Source: the human T2T-CHM13v2.0 reference genome, Homo sapiens. From it: DNA of 64,000 bases. Made by a program: the position numbers and the translations under genes. Position 1 is the stretch's first letter, and the number at the start of each line of letters is the position of its first letter. The DNA is taken from NCBI RefSeq assembly GCF_009914755.1, contig NC_060931.1; one strand, written 5' to 3'. Under the pieces are notes generated by a model. The model saw nothing but the letters and a program-made list of their open reading frames with translations. It was not told where the DNA came from and made no database searches. Positions 1 to 13,350 of the stretch are shown piece after piece.

Positions 1-1582
<1,582 letters not shown>

Positions 1583-1621
1583 GCTGAGAGATGGGGAGCC
1601 TCCTTGTTAGATAAAGTTCCA

Positions 1622-1756
1622 TTTTTAATAGACTTTATTTTTTAGAGTTTTAGTTTTACAGCACAATTGATCAAAAAGTACAGAGTTCTTATATGTCCTC
1701 TGTCCCCCAACCTCACCATACAACAAACACACAACCTACCCCATTATCAACACTCA
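1622..1756 (-). mobile_element. Old L1M (L1MC/MD-like) 3' end fragment
   Basis: TTTTTAATAGACTTTATTTTTTAGAG...TACAGCACAATTGATCAAAAAGTACAGAG resembles the antisense L1M 3' UTR terminus. Confidence 0.6.
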
Positions 1757-1804
1757 AAAGATTCTTTTTATGTGCCTGGCGAATAAAAGGTGTTCAAGGT
1801 TTTA

Positions 1805-1817
1805 TGCTGAGTCAGTA
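1805..1817. promoter_or_regulatory. Candidate NF-E2/NRF2 ARE-type (near-MARE) motif
   Basis: TGCTGAGTCAGTA with an AT-rich 5' flank; motif match only. Confidence 0.3.
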
Positions 1818-2339
1818 TAGTCTTGACCAAGAAATCTGCCCAGGTGAGGAGTGGGGTTTTCTGAAGGCAGCACCCTCTCTGCTACCCTTCCAGGGGGTGG
1901 CGATGATTCTTTTGCCTTTCCTCAAGTTGAGTGCTTCAAACTCCTACTCCTACACATTGGTCCAGCTCCTGCACCTTGGCCACTCCCCAGATGCCTACAA
2001 GTGGAGCTGCTCTAACACCTGAGGTCTTCTCCCTCATGGGAGGAAAGGGGATAGCTCAGCTCTGAAAAAGCACTCCCCAGAAGGTTCACCCCTCCCAGTC
2101 TTCTTATACTGACTGGTGCAGGTGGGCTTAGTGGTAAGGTTGGTTCTTACCCAGTGCCTCTCAATAAATACTTCAAGAGAGCTATTCCAGGGGCCAGTAG
2201 CACCTTCAACTTAGAAAAAGGGGCACTTAATTTTCTGGTCCTCAACTTTGAGCCAAAGCCCCAATTCTAGGACTAACGGGGGAATACCGTTGATATGTAT
2301 CAGTTTACTCTCTGTTTATCTCAACTCATTCTTTTATTA

Positions 2340-2425
2340 ATCTTCACCATCTCAGTCTATCCTCAGCACCTAGAACAGTGTCTGACACATAATAGTACTC
2401 ATTAAAGATCTGTTAAATGAATTCT
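2340..2425 (+). mobile_element. L2 3' end
   Basis: CAGCACCTAGAACAGTGTCTGACACATAATAGTACTCATTAAAGATCTGTTAAATGAAT is a typical L2 terminus. Confidence 0.7.
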
Positions 2426-2599
2426 ATTTGGAACACTTCTAAACCAGGGAATTAACTACATCCTAATGAAACCCATAACATGCTGAATAGTACTGGTAGT
2501 TCAAAATAAAAAGAATCTCGTGTCCATTTAGCTAAAATGTGCATCTATTTAACCTATTTCGGCCAACTTAACAACAGGAAAACTACTTTTTTTCCTACA

Positions 2600-4050
2600 T
2601 GACATCCCTTTTAAATGTTCTTGGATAGAAAGGATGTCCCCGACTCCTCTTTTTCACCAGGCTTCTAATGTTACATGGTTTCCAGACCCACTGACCATCT
2701 TGGCTGACCCTCTCTGAAGAATTAATATTACTTTTAAGATGTGGTCTACCAGTGAAGAGCAGCTGGACTATAACTTCCTAAGAGCTGGACAATCCTCTTC
2801 TGTTAATGCAGGTTGCACTTGCATTAGGTTTGGGGCATTTGTTATATAGGATTAATTTCTTCAGCAGAGGAACCACACAGTTGGTTCACATCAAGCCAAC
2901 TGTGTGGTCAACACAAACCCCAGGTTTTCTTTATGTAGATTACTGTCAAATCAGACCTCCACATCCTGTATTGGTTCAAGTCACTTCCTGAAATATAAAT
3001 GCTGAATCTTAAATTTAGCTCCACTACATTTCTTCCTTTTGTTTTTTTCCCCTTGTTTCAGTATCTAGAGGCTTTAAAAATGTTGGTATCATATTATTTG
3101 TCATTATCTGCAAATTTGACAAACATATTTCTCTATGTCCCTATTTATACTATTTTTTTAAATTATTTATTTTCAATTACCTGAAGAGAATGGAGCCAAC
3201 CAAGAGCCCTGAAATGTTCTAGAGACCTCCATCTGGATTGGCCCTTTTTGAACATGGCTGCTCCTCCCACTGAAAATCCACCTAAATCCATCTAATGGTG
3301 CCCTCATGCAGTTCACATTTTTATTGTATCTCTCTGTTACAAACTCTAAAGCTTTTAAGAAATACTCTGTTGAAATAAAAATACAGTACATCAACAAATT
3401 AATAAGATCACCTTATTCTCAAAGGTATGTTTATGTTAGTGCAATATATGTATAGAGTTCACTTATTTTCTTCATAAAAAAATCATCGAGTTATCTGCTA
3501 AAGCACTAAAAACTATCCTAACATCAATACTGTTGTTCTGAACTTCCAAAAATCTTTGTACCTTTGTTGAAAATCTCAATACCTCTCCATCTTCAGATTC
3601 TTCTTAAGCTCCATAAGTGCCTGCAGAACTCCACCATTTCCAGGGCCAAATCTTCACATTCTTTAATACCTAAGAAGTTCTACATCTGTGTCTGGGGCAG
3701 TGACAGTGCCTAGACCTTCTATTTTCTCCTCATCTACCTTAGGAATTAATTAGTTGTTCATATTCATATGTCTTGTCCTCCCTGTCCCAATTTGAAGATT
3801 ATTAGCTCTTCTAGAAAGAAAAAAATAGAAGTAAATGAAGATGTGAATTGGTCTTTCTTTTCTCCATATCTATCCTATCACACCATCATGTCCAAGTGGT
3901 GAACCTATTCTTTTACTATTCCTGTTATTCCAAATTTAAATCTAAAATATATTTCATGGTTCAGCACTTTTCAAAGCTACAGTTTGTTCTCTTTGTGAGG
4001 CCCAGTGACACCACTGTGCTCATCCCAGGAACTTAATCCTCACAGACATG
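2600..4050 (-). mobile_element. L3/CR1 LINE relic, highly diverged
   Basis: ACATGGTTTCCAGACCCACTGACCATCTTGG, AGATGTGGTCTACCAGTG, TGTGGTCAACACAAACCCCAGG, TCTGCAAATTTGACAAACAT and CTAGAGACCTCCATCTGGATTG are collinear with the antisense L3 RT region. The right boundary is uncertain. Confidence 0.65.
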
Positions 4051-5234
4051 CTCCAACAGCTCTCACACTTTCTACTTTAGCGTTTCCTGTAACTGTGCAT
4101 TGCTATTTCCCTCAGGACTCCTGCTCCAGGACACTGTCACATTCAACTCACTTTCACTGGTTGGGTGACTGGCCTCTAGCAGCATTTCAGAGGAGTGAGC
4201 TCTTTTTGCCCATCCGTCCACACCCCCATCAGGTCACACTCCTGGGACACTCAAATTGTGCAGTCTACCACCAAAGAAGACTATTCCAACCATCTTTCTA
4301 GCAATGCTCTGCTCCTTATAGAAAATTGAAGCCCTGTACTTTGTAAAGGTTCATTTACTGTCTCAATTTGGGGTACTTAAAAAATCAATAGCAATCTTAA
4401 TTCCCACCAGAGATAAATAGCCCAAATCTTTAACTATGCATGAACAGGGGAAATTTAAGAAAATATAAAAAGACCACATAGCCCTCAAATCATCCATTCC
4501 CTTTGCAGAACTCCAACTCTCCCCAGTATGGATCTCTTCCAGATTTGGGTACAAGAGGGGATGACTAACAGCTTGTGGTTTTTTTCTATAAGATAAGAAG
4601 GATAAAAGTTTTCTATTTTTAAATTTTATTTTTGCTTTTTTGTTGTTGTTATTTCTACTAAATGCTGAATTGAAAAGCATCTTTTGCTGTACAATCTAGA
4701 GAGAAAGGCTTCTATCTAAAACTTCTCCCAAAGGCCATTCTAGATATCCTTAATCAGTGGATCTCCAGAAACTACCCTGAGGCCTTTCGTTTCCTTTTTT
4801 TTTTTTTTTTCTAACATGGTATCTTGTTTTAATAATATTTTCTTGAGCATAGTGACAAGAATTTTTTCAGATGTTATTTTTGTCTCCTGGTCTGTTGCTT
4901 TATTTTTTTAACTCAATTTACAATGTTTCCTCCACTTAAAAATTATAAAAATCTTCTTCTGTGTTAACTTCTAATTCTTTTGATCTATAGACCTACGTAA
5001 CATATGCTTTAATCAGATTGAATAGCAATATTCTCTTTCTTTGGCTTCATTTCTCCAGCCTAAAAATCTTCAGCTTTTAATTTTTTTTTAAGTTTTTCCC
5101 AATGTTCCATATTACAAGCCTTACATTATTCTTGAGACTTACTCCAAATAATCTCTATGGCCCCTATGTCAGATTAGGACACCTATATCTCTAGTAATAA
5201 TATTAATTATAATTGTAAGTAGTAGAAATATCTA

Positions 5235-5445
5235 AACATTTATTGAGCACCTATGTACCATGAACTGATCAGCTCATTTTACCTGTACCACTTCATTTAA
5301 ACCTTACAAAAATTTTATTTTACAGATGAGAAAACTGAAGATTTAAAAGGTTAAGTAGTTTGCTCAAAGTTATAGAAATCATGTATGTTAGAACCAGAAT
5401 TCAAACCTGGAAAGCTGGGTTCTTTCTCCAAATCTCATGTACCTC
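5235..5445 (-). mobile_element. MIR SINE
   Basis: CATTTATTGAGCACCT...TTTTACAGATGAGAAAACTGAAG...CCAGAATTCAAACC is the antisense MIR core. Confidence 0.85.
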
Positions 5446-5958
5446 ATCATGGCTTTCTATTGATTATGCAGAACACTATATACACTTCTCCCACAAACCT
5501 TTAGATAGAAGGGACTTTCCTAAGTATTAAACCACAACTCCTATGTTTTAAGAGATATAGAGAACAATCACCCTCATATAAATTCTGGACACATAAAAAG
5601 AATAGACTCCATTAATAATGAAAGCTAAAATCACATGTGTAAACACATTGCTTTTAATCTATTCAATTATTTCCCCATAAGCACTAACTGTGCATCACAA
5701 ATTATGCTGTCTAAAAGACATACCACAAGAGTTAAAGCTGGGAAGATTCATTGTCATTCTCTAATGGAATAGTTTTCTGAAAGAATGAAAATTCTGAATC
5801 TCTAAGATGGAATGCCTCCATCCACTGTTTCTTTATCCTGTTTATCAAATTGGGGAAGGAAATGCAAGACAAACTACACAGTGATATCACTGCATAATTA
5901 ATTGGTACATCTCTACCAGTTACATATAAATACATTTTCTTTTCATGTACTTTAATTT

Positions 5959-6152
5959 AGGAGTTGCAAACCAACCATGCTAAGCAGCCAAATTCAGCCT
6001 GCAGAAAAGCCTTAATTGTCTTACACAAATGCATGGACAGTCTCCAGTTTGCCATTGGCAATACTATTCCCTATTGTGTCACAGCTGGCCTGTTATGATA
6101 TGTTTATATAGCTTGTAACAACCACTATAGGCATTTGAGTTTATGACCCTTG
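5959..6152 (-). mobile_element. MER102-like hAT-Charlie DNA transposon relic
   Basis: Termini GAGTTGCAAAC... and ...GGCATTTGAGTTTATGACCCTTG; internal CCAGTTTGCC...CTATTCCCTATTGT. Confidence 0.55.
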
Positions 6153-7339
6153 AGCAGATCAAATGACTACAGACAGTAAGATAAAAGCCCATATTACAGA
6201 CCTCATTATCTGTACTACAGGTACACTGCCCCAAAATAAACTTAAGAGGTAAAGCAGCTAATCCACTGCACAAAAAACCAACAGTTGCTCTGCTATACTA
6301 ACCTTATTCCCCCTGTTCCTTCCCTTTTCCCTCTTCATATCCAGACCTAAATGGCAAAGTTTATCTTTGTGCTTGTTGTTGACTCAAGTTCAGACTAGGA
6401 GGCTGCAGAGTCAGATTACAAAATTGGTTATACAATCTATGTCACAGAGGTACATCCCTGACCTTACACAAATTCAGTGTTTTCACTAGTACAAGCTCCA
6501 GGGGATAAAAGCAAAATTGTACTCACTTTATCCCTCAAATAACTCTGAACATTGCTGTAGAGTAGATCATGGAGACAAAATTGGTTTTTTGGAAAAGAAA
6601 AGAACTAAATATCATTCTTTCCTCCCTAAAAATAGCACTACTGTAGGAAATCTCATAAAACTCTGAACTTTCACTCAAGCCATTTCAAAAGTGATTGGTT
6701 GGGGTGGGCATGAAAAAAAATATCTGCAGAGCTTTAAAAGCAAATATTTTTAAAAGCTAGGAAAGTGAGCATGGTCATAAACGAAAGCAGCTCAGTTTAG
6801 ATTGGTTGCCAGTAAATAGCCAGAAAAAGAACTTCAGCCTTCAAAAAGAGATTTCAAATACATCTTTGTATCACTGAAATAATGCCAATGTTGGAAATAT
6901 TTGAAAATATTTGCAGAGCTGTATTTTAGACAACGAATGATACTCCATAAAAAACAATTCTTTTCCCACTGTGGGGCAGAATGTCAAAACATGACAAGAT
7001 CACTAGCCCAGATCCCCTGGAAAACACCATAGAATCATTTCAAAGGCAAGAGATTACAATGATATTTGCCTTGTTAAGGCTGTGTCTATACGGTGCCAGC
7101 AAACCCTTGATTAGGTTGATTCACTCAAGCAACCAGTCGATTTCGTGAAACATTTACTCAGGCCTGTGTAGTTTGCATAAATTAACCAAGTGATTGATTG
7201 ACTGGCTGGTTGGATTGGTTGGATACTTGGCTGGACTTCAACTGACTGCTCTCCCACATCCGCTTCAGCCACTTGGAGCGCCCAGCCACAGTAGTCTCTT
7301 CCCAATTCCACTCTCCACAAGGCTATTACTTGTTTCTCA

Positions 7340-7870
7340 GCTTATCTCTCTAACTAAATACTGAGCTCCTCAAAAGGCAGGGGCAGCTTCCTCTCTATCT
7401 TCCACCTTCAGCACAGTGATGAGCATCAGACTCCACATAGTGTGAGAAATCAGTCAATGGTGTGGCAACTTACAAGCTGCCCTTTGACATAATTGGAATC
7501 TGTGATGTTTCTTAATCCCCACAGATTTCATCATGCCTAGAGGGACCTATTAAAAAATGTTAGTTAATTCTTCCCGTAGAGGAGCCACACAGGCTCCCAT
7601 CCCCATACTGCTTCCCTCTCAGATGGCTTTTTTCACTCTGTTCTCCTCTTGAGCCTCTCCCTCTTCTAATTCCACATGTCACGACTTCCACCAAGCATTC
7701 CCTGACAATATGACAGGTATTTCTCTCTTCTGACTTCCGCTGTTACTTGCCCCCAACATTTGGGCTTTTAATTACCAACTACTGGCTTGCTCTATATTTA
7801 TCAGTATTATTGCGTTTCACTCGCCTCAAAGATTATGAAGCCCTTTGAGATTTGGACCAGTATATTTGTT
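7340..7870 (+). mobile_element. L2 3' fragments (two degraded pieces)
   Basis: ACTGAGCTCCTCAAAAGGCAGGGGC...CAGCACAGTG and AGATTATGAAGCCCTTTGAG resemble the L2 3' region. Confidence 0.45.
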
Positions 7871-7904
7871 AAGCTAATTCCAGTTGGCTTTCTTGTGAAT
7901 AATT

Positions 7905-8056
7905 AACAAGTCATAACTATCAGTTGTCCAGTGTTCTACACTTTATTTCACTCAATTGGTATAAGTGCAGTTCTAATTCTTATACCTACACCATATTAAA
8001 AAAAAACTGAGGTATAGAGGAGCTAAGGAATCTGCTTATGATACAACTAGTAAATC
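7905..8056 (-). mobile_element. MIR fragment
   Basis: AAAACTGAGGTATAGAGGAGCTAAGGAATCTGCTTATGATACAACTAGTAAAT. Confidence 0.55.
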
Positions 8057-8926
8057 TCCCTTGTACCCTTCTTAATGGAAGTGGGGTATCTTTCTGTTCA
8101 GTCGCATATCCTAACAAAAACTCTTCAGTTTTCCTGCAAGAAAACTGCAACCCTTTCTCCAGCATTATTGTTAAGGAAGATGACTGTTAACACAGAATCC
8201 ACAATTTTAATGCAAACTCATGGCTACCCAATCTGTATCCTCAACTAGGTGGAAGGAATCCTTTGTATTTGATGGCCTGCCTGGAGCACCTATATATTGC
8301 CCAAATACTCAAAACTTTAATGCCCATTTTGCAAGGAAGAGCAGCAGATCCCCACCCTGGGATCCCCATAGTATTGGCCCTAATAGGATTGCTTGTATTG
8401 AGTTGCTACTTTGAAAGTTGCCATTTGGTTTGGTCAATCATAGAGCCAAATGTGGGGTTTGACCATGGGTCCATGGCTAGGAGATTGTAAGGACACTGCT
8501 TGTTACGCCGCACAGAGTGCCCTTCATTATGATTCTGGGGAGAGAGCCCTGTCTGGTTTTAGTACTAAGGACAGACTTTTCCCAGAGCAATTGTTCTGTC
8601 TTTTCTTCTGGATCCTACGGCATTTTCAACTAACCAGGTTTTTCTTTTTGGTTAGAGCTAAATTTATGACCTATCCTAAGCAAGTAAACAGGTTTTATAG
8701 TCATCTTAATCTTGCTCCTGGTTCTATTTAATGACCCACATTTACCTTTCCTTTTAATTTTCTCCTGCTTTTAATTTAAAATAGACAAACAGAAGGATAA
8801 GAGCCAGAGAGACAGAATATTGCTTACCCCTCAGCTTCTCTCAGTGCCTTTGCTCAACCCCACACTTCCTCCCACATAATCAGCTCAAAAAACTGATTTA
8901 AGAAAATCATTTTACATGATGGTGAA

Positions 8927-9082
8927 ATGGTTTTTAACCAATGTTTGAATCATAGATCCCTTTGCTAAGGGTATAGATCTTCTCACTAGGAAAAAAATAT
9001 ACAACCCTATCAAAAATATTTCAGGAACTCATGGATCTCTGAGGCTGAAGCCATGTCTATGGATTCCAGAGAACAAACCCTT
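8927..9082. mobile_element. hAT-Charlie MITE (MER103-like)
   Basis: GGTTTTTAACC...ATAGATCCCTTTG...ATTTCAGGAACTCATGGATC...GAAGCCATGTCTATGGA. Confidence 0.45.
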
Positions 9083-9616
9083 GCTTGGGTGCATACACAA
9101 GGCTTCTGGTATCCCCAATTTGCCTCCCAGGACTTGCTCCAAGCCCAGAAGACTTGGGGGAATTTTCCAAGCTACTGTCACCAAGGAAGAGCCCAGGTCT
9201 CTCACCTGTCTGAGCCTCTCCCTCCCCCAACCTCACTTCTTTCCTCCCTGACCAAAGACTGTGACATGCTGGTCCCTCTTGCTCTGTTCTTGCCCCCACT
9301 TTATGCCACAACTTACCTGGCATTCTGGACACTCATCTGCTTCCTTTCTCTCAAAGTATTACCATCCTGCTGCATCCATCAGCCCAGGCTGCAAACCCCA
9401 AAGTTTTGCTGTCTCACAATTTCAAAGGAGGATAGAGGGAGCAAGGAGTGGGGGCTACTAGGACCTTTTAAATTAGAGGACAAAGAGGTTAAAGGAGAAG
9501 CCTGCAGAACCACAAACAATAGCGGAGATATCTCAGCCCTGCAGAACACAGGATCACAAGGAGTCATAGCTAGTCAGATGCTGAATTCCAGACATGTGCA
9601 TGCACGTGCATGCGCA

Positions 9617-9619
<3 letters not shown>

Positions 9620-9649
<30 letters not shown>
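9620..9649. repeat. (TG)15 microsatellite
   Basis: Direct observation; preceded by a purine-pyrimidine alternating stretch CATGTGCATGCACGTGCATGCGCA. Confidence 0.95.
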
Positions 9650-9651
<2 letters not shown>

Positions 9652-9989
9652 AGTTACACTATATATAGTGTCAGGAAAAAACTGCCAACTTGGATGCTTT
9701 TAATATGTACCTCAGAATTAATGAAGAAAAAGTGAAAACATGGTTTGACTATGTAAAAGAAATGCCAATTACAGTTACATATGAAATACATGTATCATTT
9801 TTGACTATTAATTCGTATGGCAGTATACATATCTACCACTAATTTTTATTATAAATTGCACTTGATTTGCATACTGAATGTTGTTTTCTGTCAGTTGAGC
9901 CTCAAAATTTGCTGCTCACAATTTCCAACATTAAAGGAGACGTTGACAGGAATCATAGCTTATACTCCTTTTGTTTTTCCCTTAGCATC

Positions 9990-10250
9990 TAAATAACATA
10001 GCAAGATATGCCTGGAAATTGATAATCTAGCTGTGGAGACCAGAGTTTGTACACATACCTGAAGCCACTGAAGAAAAATATAAGACAATACGTAAGAAAG
10101 TTACAGTACACATGATTTATAGAAAAATACGAGAGGAGAGGATGGGCCAAAGTAAGAAAACAACATGAAGAAAATGAGCTTTGAACTTACCCTTAAAGAA
10201 AATATAGCATATAAATTTGGTGAAAGGACATTCCAGTCCAGGCAGAAAAA
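9990..10250 (-). mobile_element. L2 fragment
   Basis: GAGCTTTGAACTTACCCTTAAAGAA...GGACATTCCAG...GGCAG resembles antisense L2. Confidence 0.4.
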
Positions 10251-10922
10251 TTGTTTTCTCTGACACACAAGATATTTAAGATCTAAAAGAACTGTTTATT
10301 TCATATTAGTGTGCTCATTACATTATAATAAGCTTCGAGTGAACTCACATAAAGAACTTAAAAAGATTATTTTTTAAATTTATTTACCTACAAGTATATT
10401 CTTGTCAGTTAAAAGAAAGAGAAAATAAAAAATTCAGAAGACAGAAAGCTACCTATAAAACTTTAATAAAAATAATCCATTGTAAAAATGGAAAAATAAA
10501 ATCTCCACCAGTGAATGACATACAAAACTTTATATTATCTGCTAAAATGGAGTGGTAGGTATTTCTTTATCTTCTTGGTTTGAACCTAATAGAACAATGG
10601 CTGTATTTGACCAACTAACAACTAGAAATAATGACAGTGGATAGTGAATTCATTTAATCATGGTAACCATAGCCAAACTTATTATAACATATAAAGTGAA
10701 ATGCCTGAAAGACAAAGTTAAAGCTAAAGACTTTGGGAAACCTCCAAAATAGGTAGGAGGTCAAAGAGAGCCCTCACCCCACAGTTGTCTCTGAGGCTTA
10801 GCAAACTTAGTGCACTGCAATCTGAAATCAGAGGGACCCATTATGGAGGCTGGGTATATTGGCCCACTTCCTCTAAAAAGTAAAGGTTAATACAGGATTA
10901 AACATGAAAGTAGTTTAGTAGG

Positions 10923-11303
10923 TGTTATGGGATGCACTAAACATTCATATGTTGAAGTTCCAACCTCCAGTAGCTCAGAATGTGGCTGTATTTAGTGACA
11001 AGGTCTTTAGAAAGGTTAAAGGACTAATAAGTTAAAATGCAGTCATTATGACGGGCCCAGTCCAATAGGACTGGTGTTCTTATAAGAACAGGAAATTGGG
11101 ACACAGACACAGAGAGAAGACCAACCGAAGACACAGGGAGAAAAGAACCATCTAAAAGCCAGAGAGGGAGGCCTCAGAAAAAAGCAACCCTGCCAACGCC
11201 TTGATCTCAGGCTTTTAACATCCAGAATTTTGGGAAAACGAATTTCTGTTCCTTAAGCCACTGAGTCTGTGGTATTTGTTGTGGTAGTCCCAGCAGACTA
11301 ATT
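10923..11303 (+). mobile_element. MLT1B-like MaLR solo LTR
   Basis: TGTTATGGG...CATATGTTGAAG...CTCAGAATGTG...GACTGGTGTTCTTATAAGA...GAGGCCTCAGAA...CCTTGATCTCAG...TTAAGCCAC...TGTGGTATTTGTT...GCAGACTAAT. Confidence 0.85.
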
Positions 11304-11398
11304 TATTTGGGGGAAACTCCTTGGGGAGGAAATGAGGAGGGAGCCTGTGGAGGGTGGGAAAACTGTGAGTCCACAATGCTGGTCTGGTCTGCTCTTGA

Positions 11399-11857
11399 GT
11401 GAGAAGGGGAAGGGGAAGGAGAAGGGGAAGGGGAAGGGCAAGAGAGGGGAAGGGGAAGGGCAAGAGAGGGGAAGGGGAAGGGCAAGAGAGGGGAAGGGGA
11501 AGAGCAAGAGAGGGGAAGGGGAAGGACAAGAGAGGGGAAGGAGAAGGGTAAGAGAGGGGAAGGGGAAGGGCAAGAGATGGGAGTGGGAAGGGGAAGTGGA
11601 AGGGAGAAGAAGGGGAAGGGAGAGGAAGGGGACGGGGAAGGGAGGGGGAAGGCGAGGGGGAAGGGAGGGGGAAGGCGAGGGGGAAGGTGAGGGGGAAGGT
11701 GAAGGGGAAGGGAGGGGGAAGGGGAAGGGAGGGGAGGGGATGGGGAAGGGGTATGGAGGGGAAAGGGAAAGGGGAAGGGAGGGGAGGGTGAGGAGGGAGG
11801 GGAGGGTGAGGAGGGTGGGGAGGAGGGAAGAAGGGGAGATGGGTGGGGGAGGAGGGA
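11399..11857. repeat. Polypurine (GA/G-rich) tract with 22-bp unit GGGCAAGAGAGGGGAAGGGGAA degrading into (GGGGAA)n/(GGGA)n
   Basis: Direct observation; ~460 bp almost entirely A/G on the + strand. Confidence 0.95.
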
Positions 11858-11944
11858 TACTATAGTCCAGGTCTAAGGCAAGTTTTGCAAGACTATAGAG
11901 GAGTCCTGTATCTCCAGGAATGGGCTGCTTTAGTCTCCCTGCCA

Positions 11945-11957
11945 TGCTGAGTCAGCA
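11945..11957. promoter_or_regulatory. Perfect T-MARE (Maf recognition element; includes AP-1 and ARE cores)
   Basis: TGCTGAGTCAGCA matches the 13-bp palindromic consensus TGCTGA(C/G)TCAGCA exactly; function untested. Confidence 0.45.
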
Positions 11958-13164
11958 ACCAAGAACAGTTCACGGGCAGCATTGGTGATGGGTTTCAGAG
12001 CAGAGCTGTTGGGTTTGTCAGTTTATTACATTCCAATACCTGAGAGGCACATTCTCATGGCCACCACACTGGAAGACCTCCATCACTGTGGACAGTGCCC
12101 AGCAAGGACTTTACACTCAGATGCCACAAATGCCCATCCAAATTTCCACTGAATGAACCACGTTTCCTATTCGGTTACCGATGTGAAACTACAGAATCAT
12201 CTCATTTTCTCTCAAGGACAAATATTTCATGCTCTACAAGAGTAAAACCAGTGTAGCCAAACCCCACTGACTGAAGAATTATAGCTACATAAAAGATAAC
12301 TGTCCTGCAAGTTACTTCTGTATTCCTTGTGAAAAAAAAAAAAGAGACTGGCTACCCAAATTAATAATGTAAATAAGGACAGTGATGGCCCCACTGAGGC
12401 TTGTCCAAAGCAAGGCCCAGTTTACTAACCCCGGAATGGGAAGATCAAACCTGGTGTTGGGAGTTTGGTCCCAAGTTACCACACAAACTCATTCTGCTTC
12501 TCACCTTTCAAGCCTACCTTCTTTCCTTTGGATGGGGAATCAAAATGCCTCTTTCTTAAAGCTACGAGCTGTCTAATATGCTACATGAGGAAGAGAATGG
12601 GAAAAACAAACAGTACATGAATAGAAAAATGTGCTGGATTTAAAGCAAAAAGATATAACTAATCTGACATGTAAGTCCAATCCTTACATCTCCAATATGT
12701 AGCATAGTGGTTGATAGCAGGTGTTCAATTCATGTTTGAGAAATAAATAATGGCAAACGCATTGAATTAGAGTTTTATAGTGATTAATAATAAATGAAAG
12801 TAGTTCCTTTAAATGATAGTAATTAGCATGTCTGTGGTCAGGCAAGGAGGGGGTAAATTACCCAGAGCATAAAGTTGCAGTGAGGCTCTTCTTAAGTTCT
12901 CTGAATCAAGGGCCAGTCCCAAAAGCAGGGGAACAAAATGGGGCATAGACAGTGGACTGGGATCAGCAGGTTTCAGGGCAGGTTTGCATCTGTAGGAGAG
13001 AGGAGGCTGAGGTGTTCCATTTTACTTCCTTTACAATGCCGGTGCAGGGTAACGTTTAGGCAGGGAAGGCTGAAATATATGACATATGGGCTCCCACAAA
13101 TCATCATCACCTCAACTCAAAATTTATCAGTGTCTTCCTTGTACTTATAAAATAGAAGTTTCCA

Positions 13165-13350
13165 TTCACTCATTAATTAATTCATTCATTTAGAGCCAAT
13201 GATCAGACGCTATGCTATTTGGGGAAACACAAATTAACAAAATGTATTCTCTACCATTTAAGAGGAAGACAAATGTACCAACAGGCAATTATAGTACAAT
13301 GTATGAGATATGCTGACAGAGATTATGTTCTATGAACAAAAGTTCTCTAC
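13165..13350 (-). mobile_element. L2 3' end, continuing at ~13950-14190 after the LTR insertion
   Basis: CATTCACTCATTAATTAATTCATTCATTT...CAGACGCTATGCT...CAATTATAGTACAATGT. Confidence 0.65.

Larger units (their letters stand above)
11304..12069 (-). mobile_element. LTR16-like ERVL solo LTR interrupted by a purine-rich expansion
   Basis: Ends in GAGAGGCACATTCTCATGGCCACCACA (reverse complement TGTGGTGGCCATGAGAATG, an LTR16-type start). The left part TTTATTTGGGGGAAACTCC...GGGAGC...CACAATGCTGGTCTG fits the same family. Confidence 0.6.

Noticed and set aside
9053-9703. 216-aa ORF
   Set aside because: Starts in a MITE, runs through a (TG)n repeat, and has no recognisable domain.
11215-11945. Pro/Ser-rich and Gly/Arg/Glu-rich ORFs of up to 215 aa
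   Set aside because: Artefacts of the stop-free polypurine tract.
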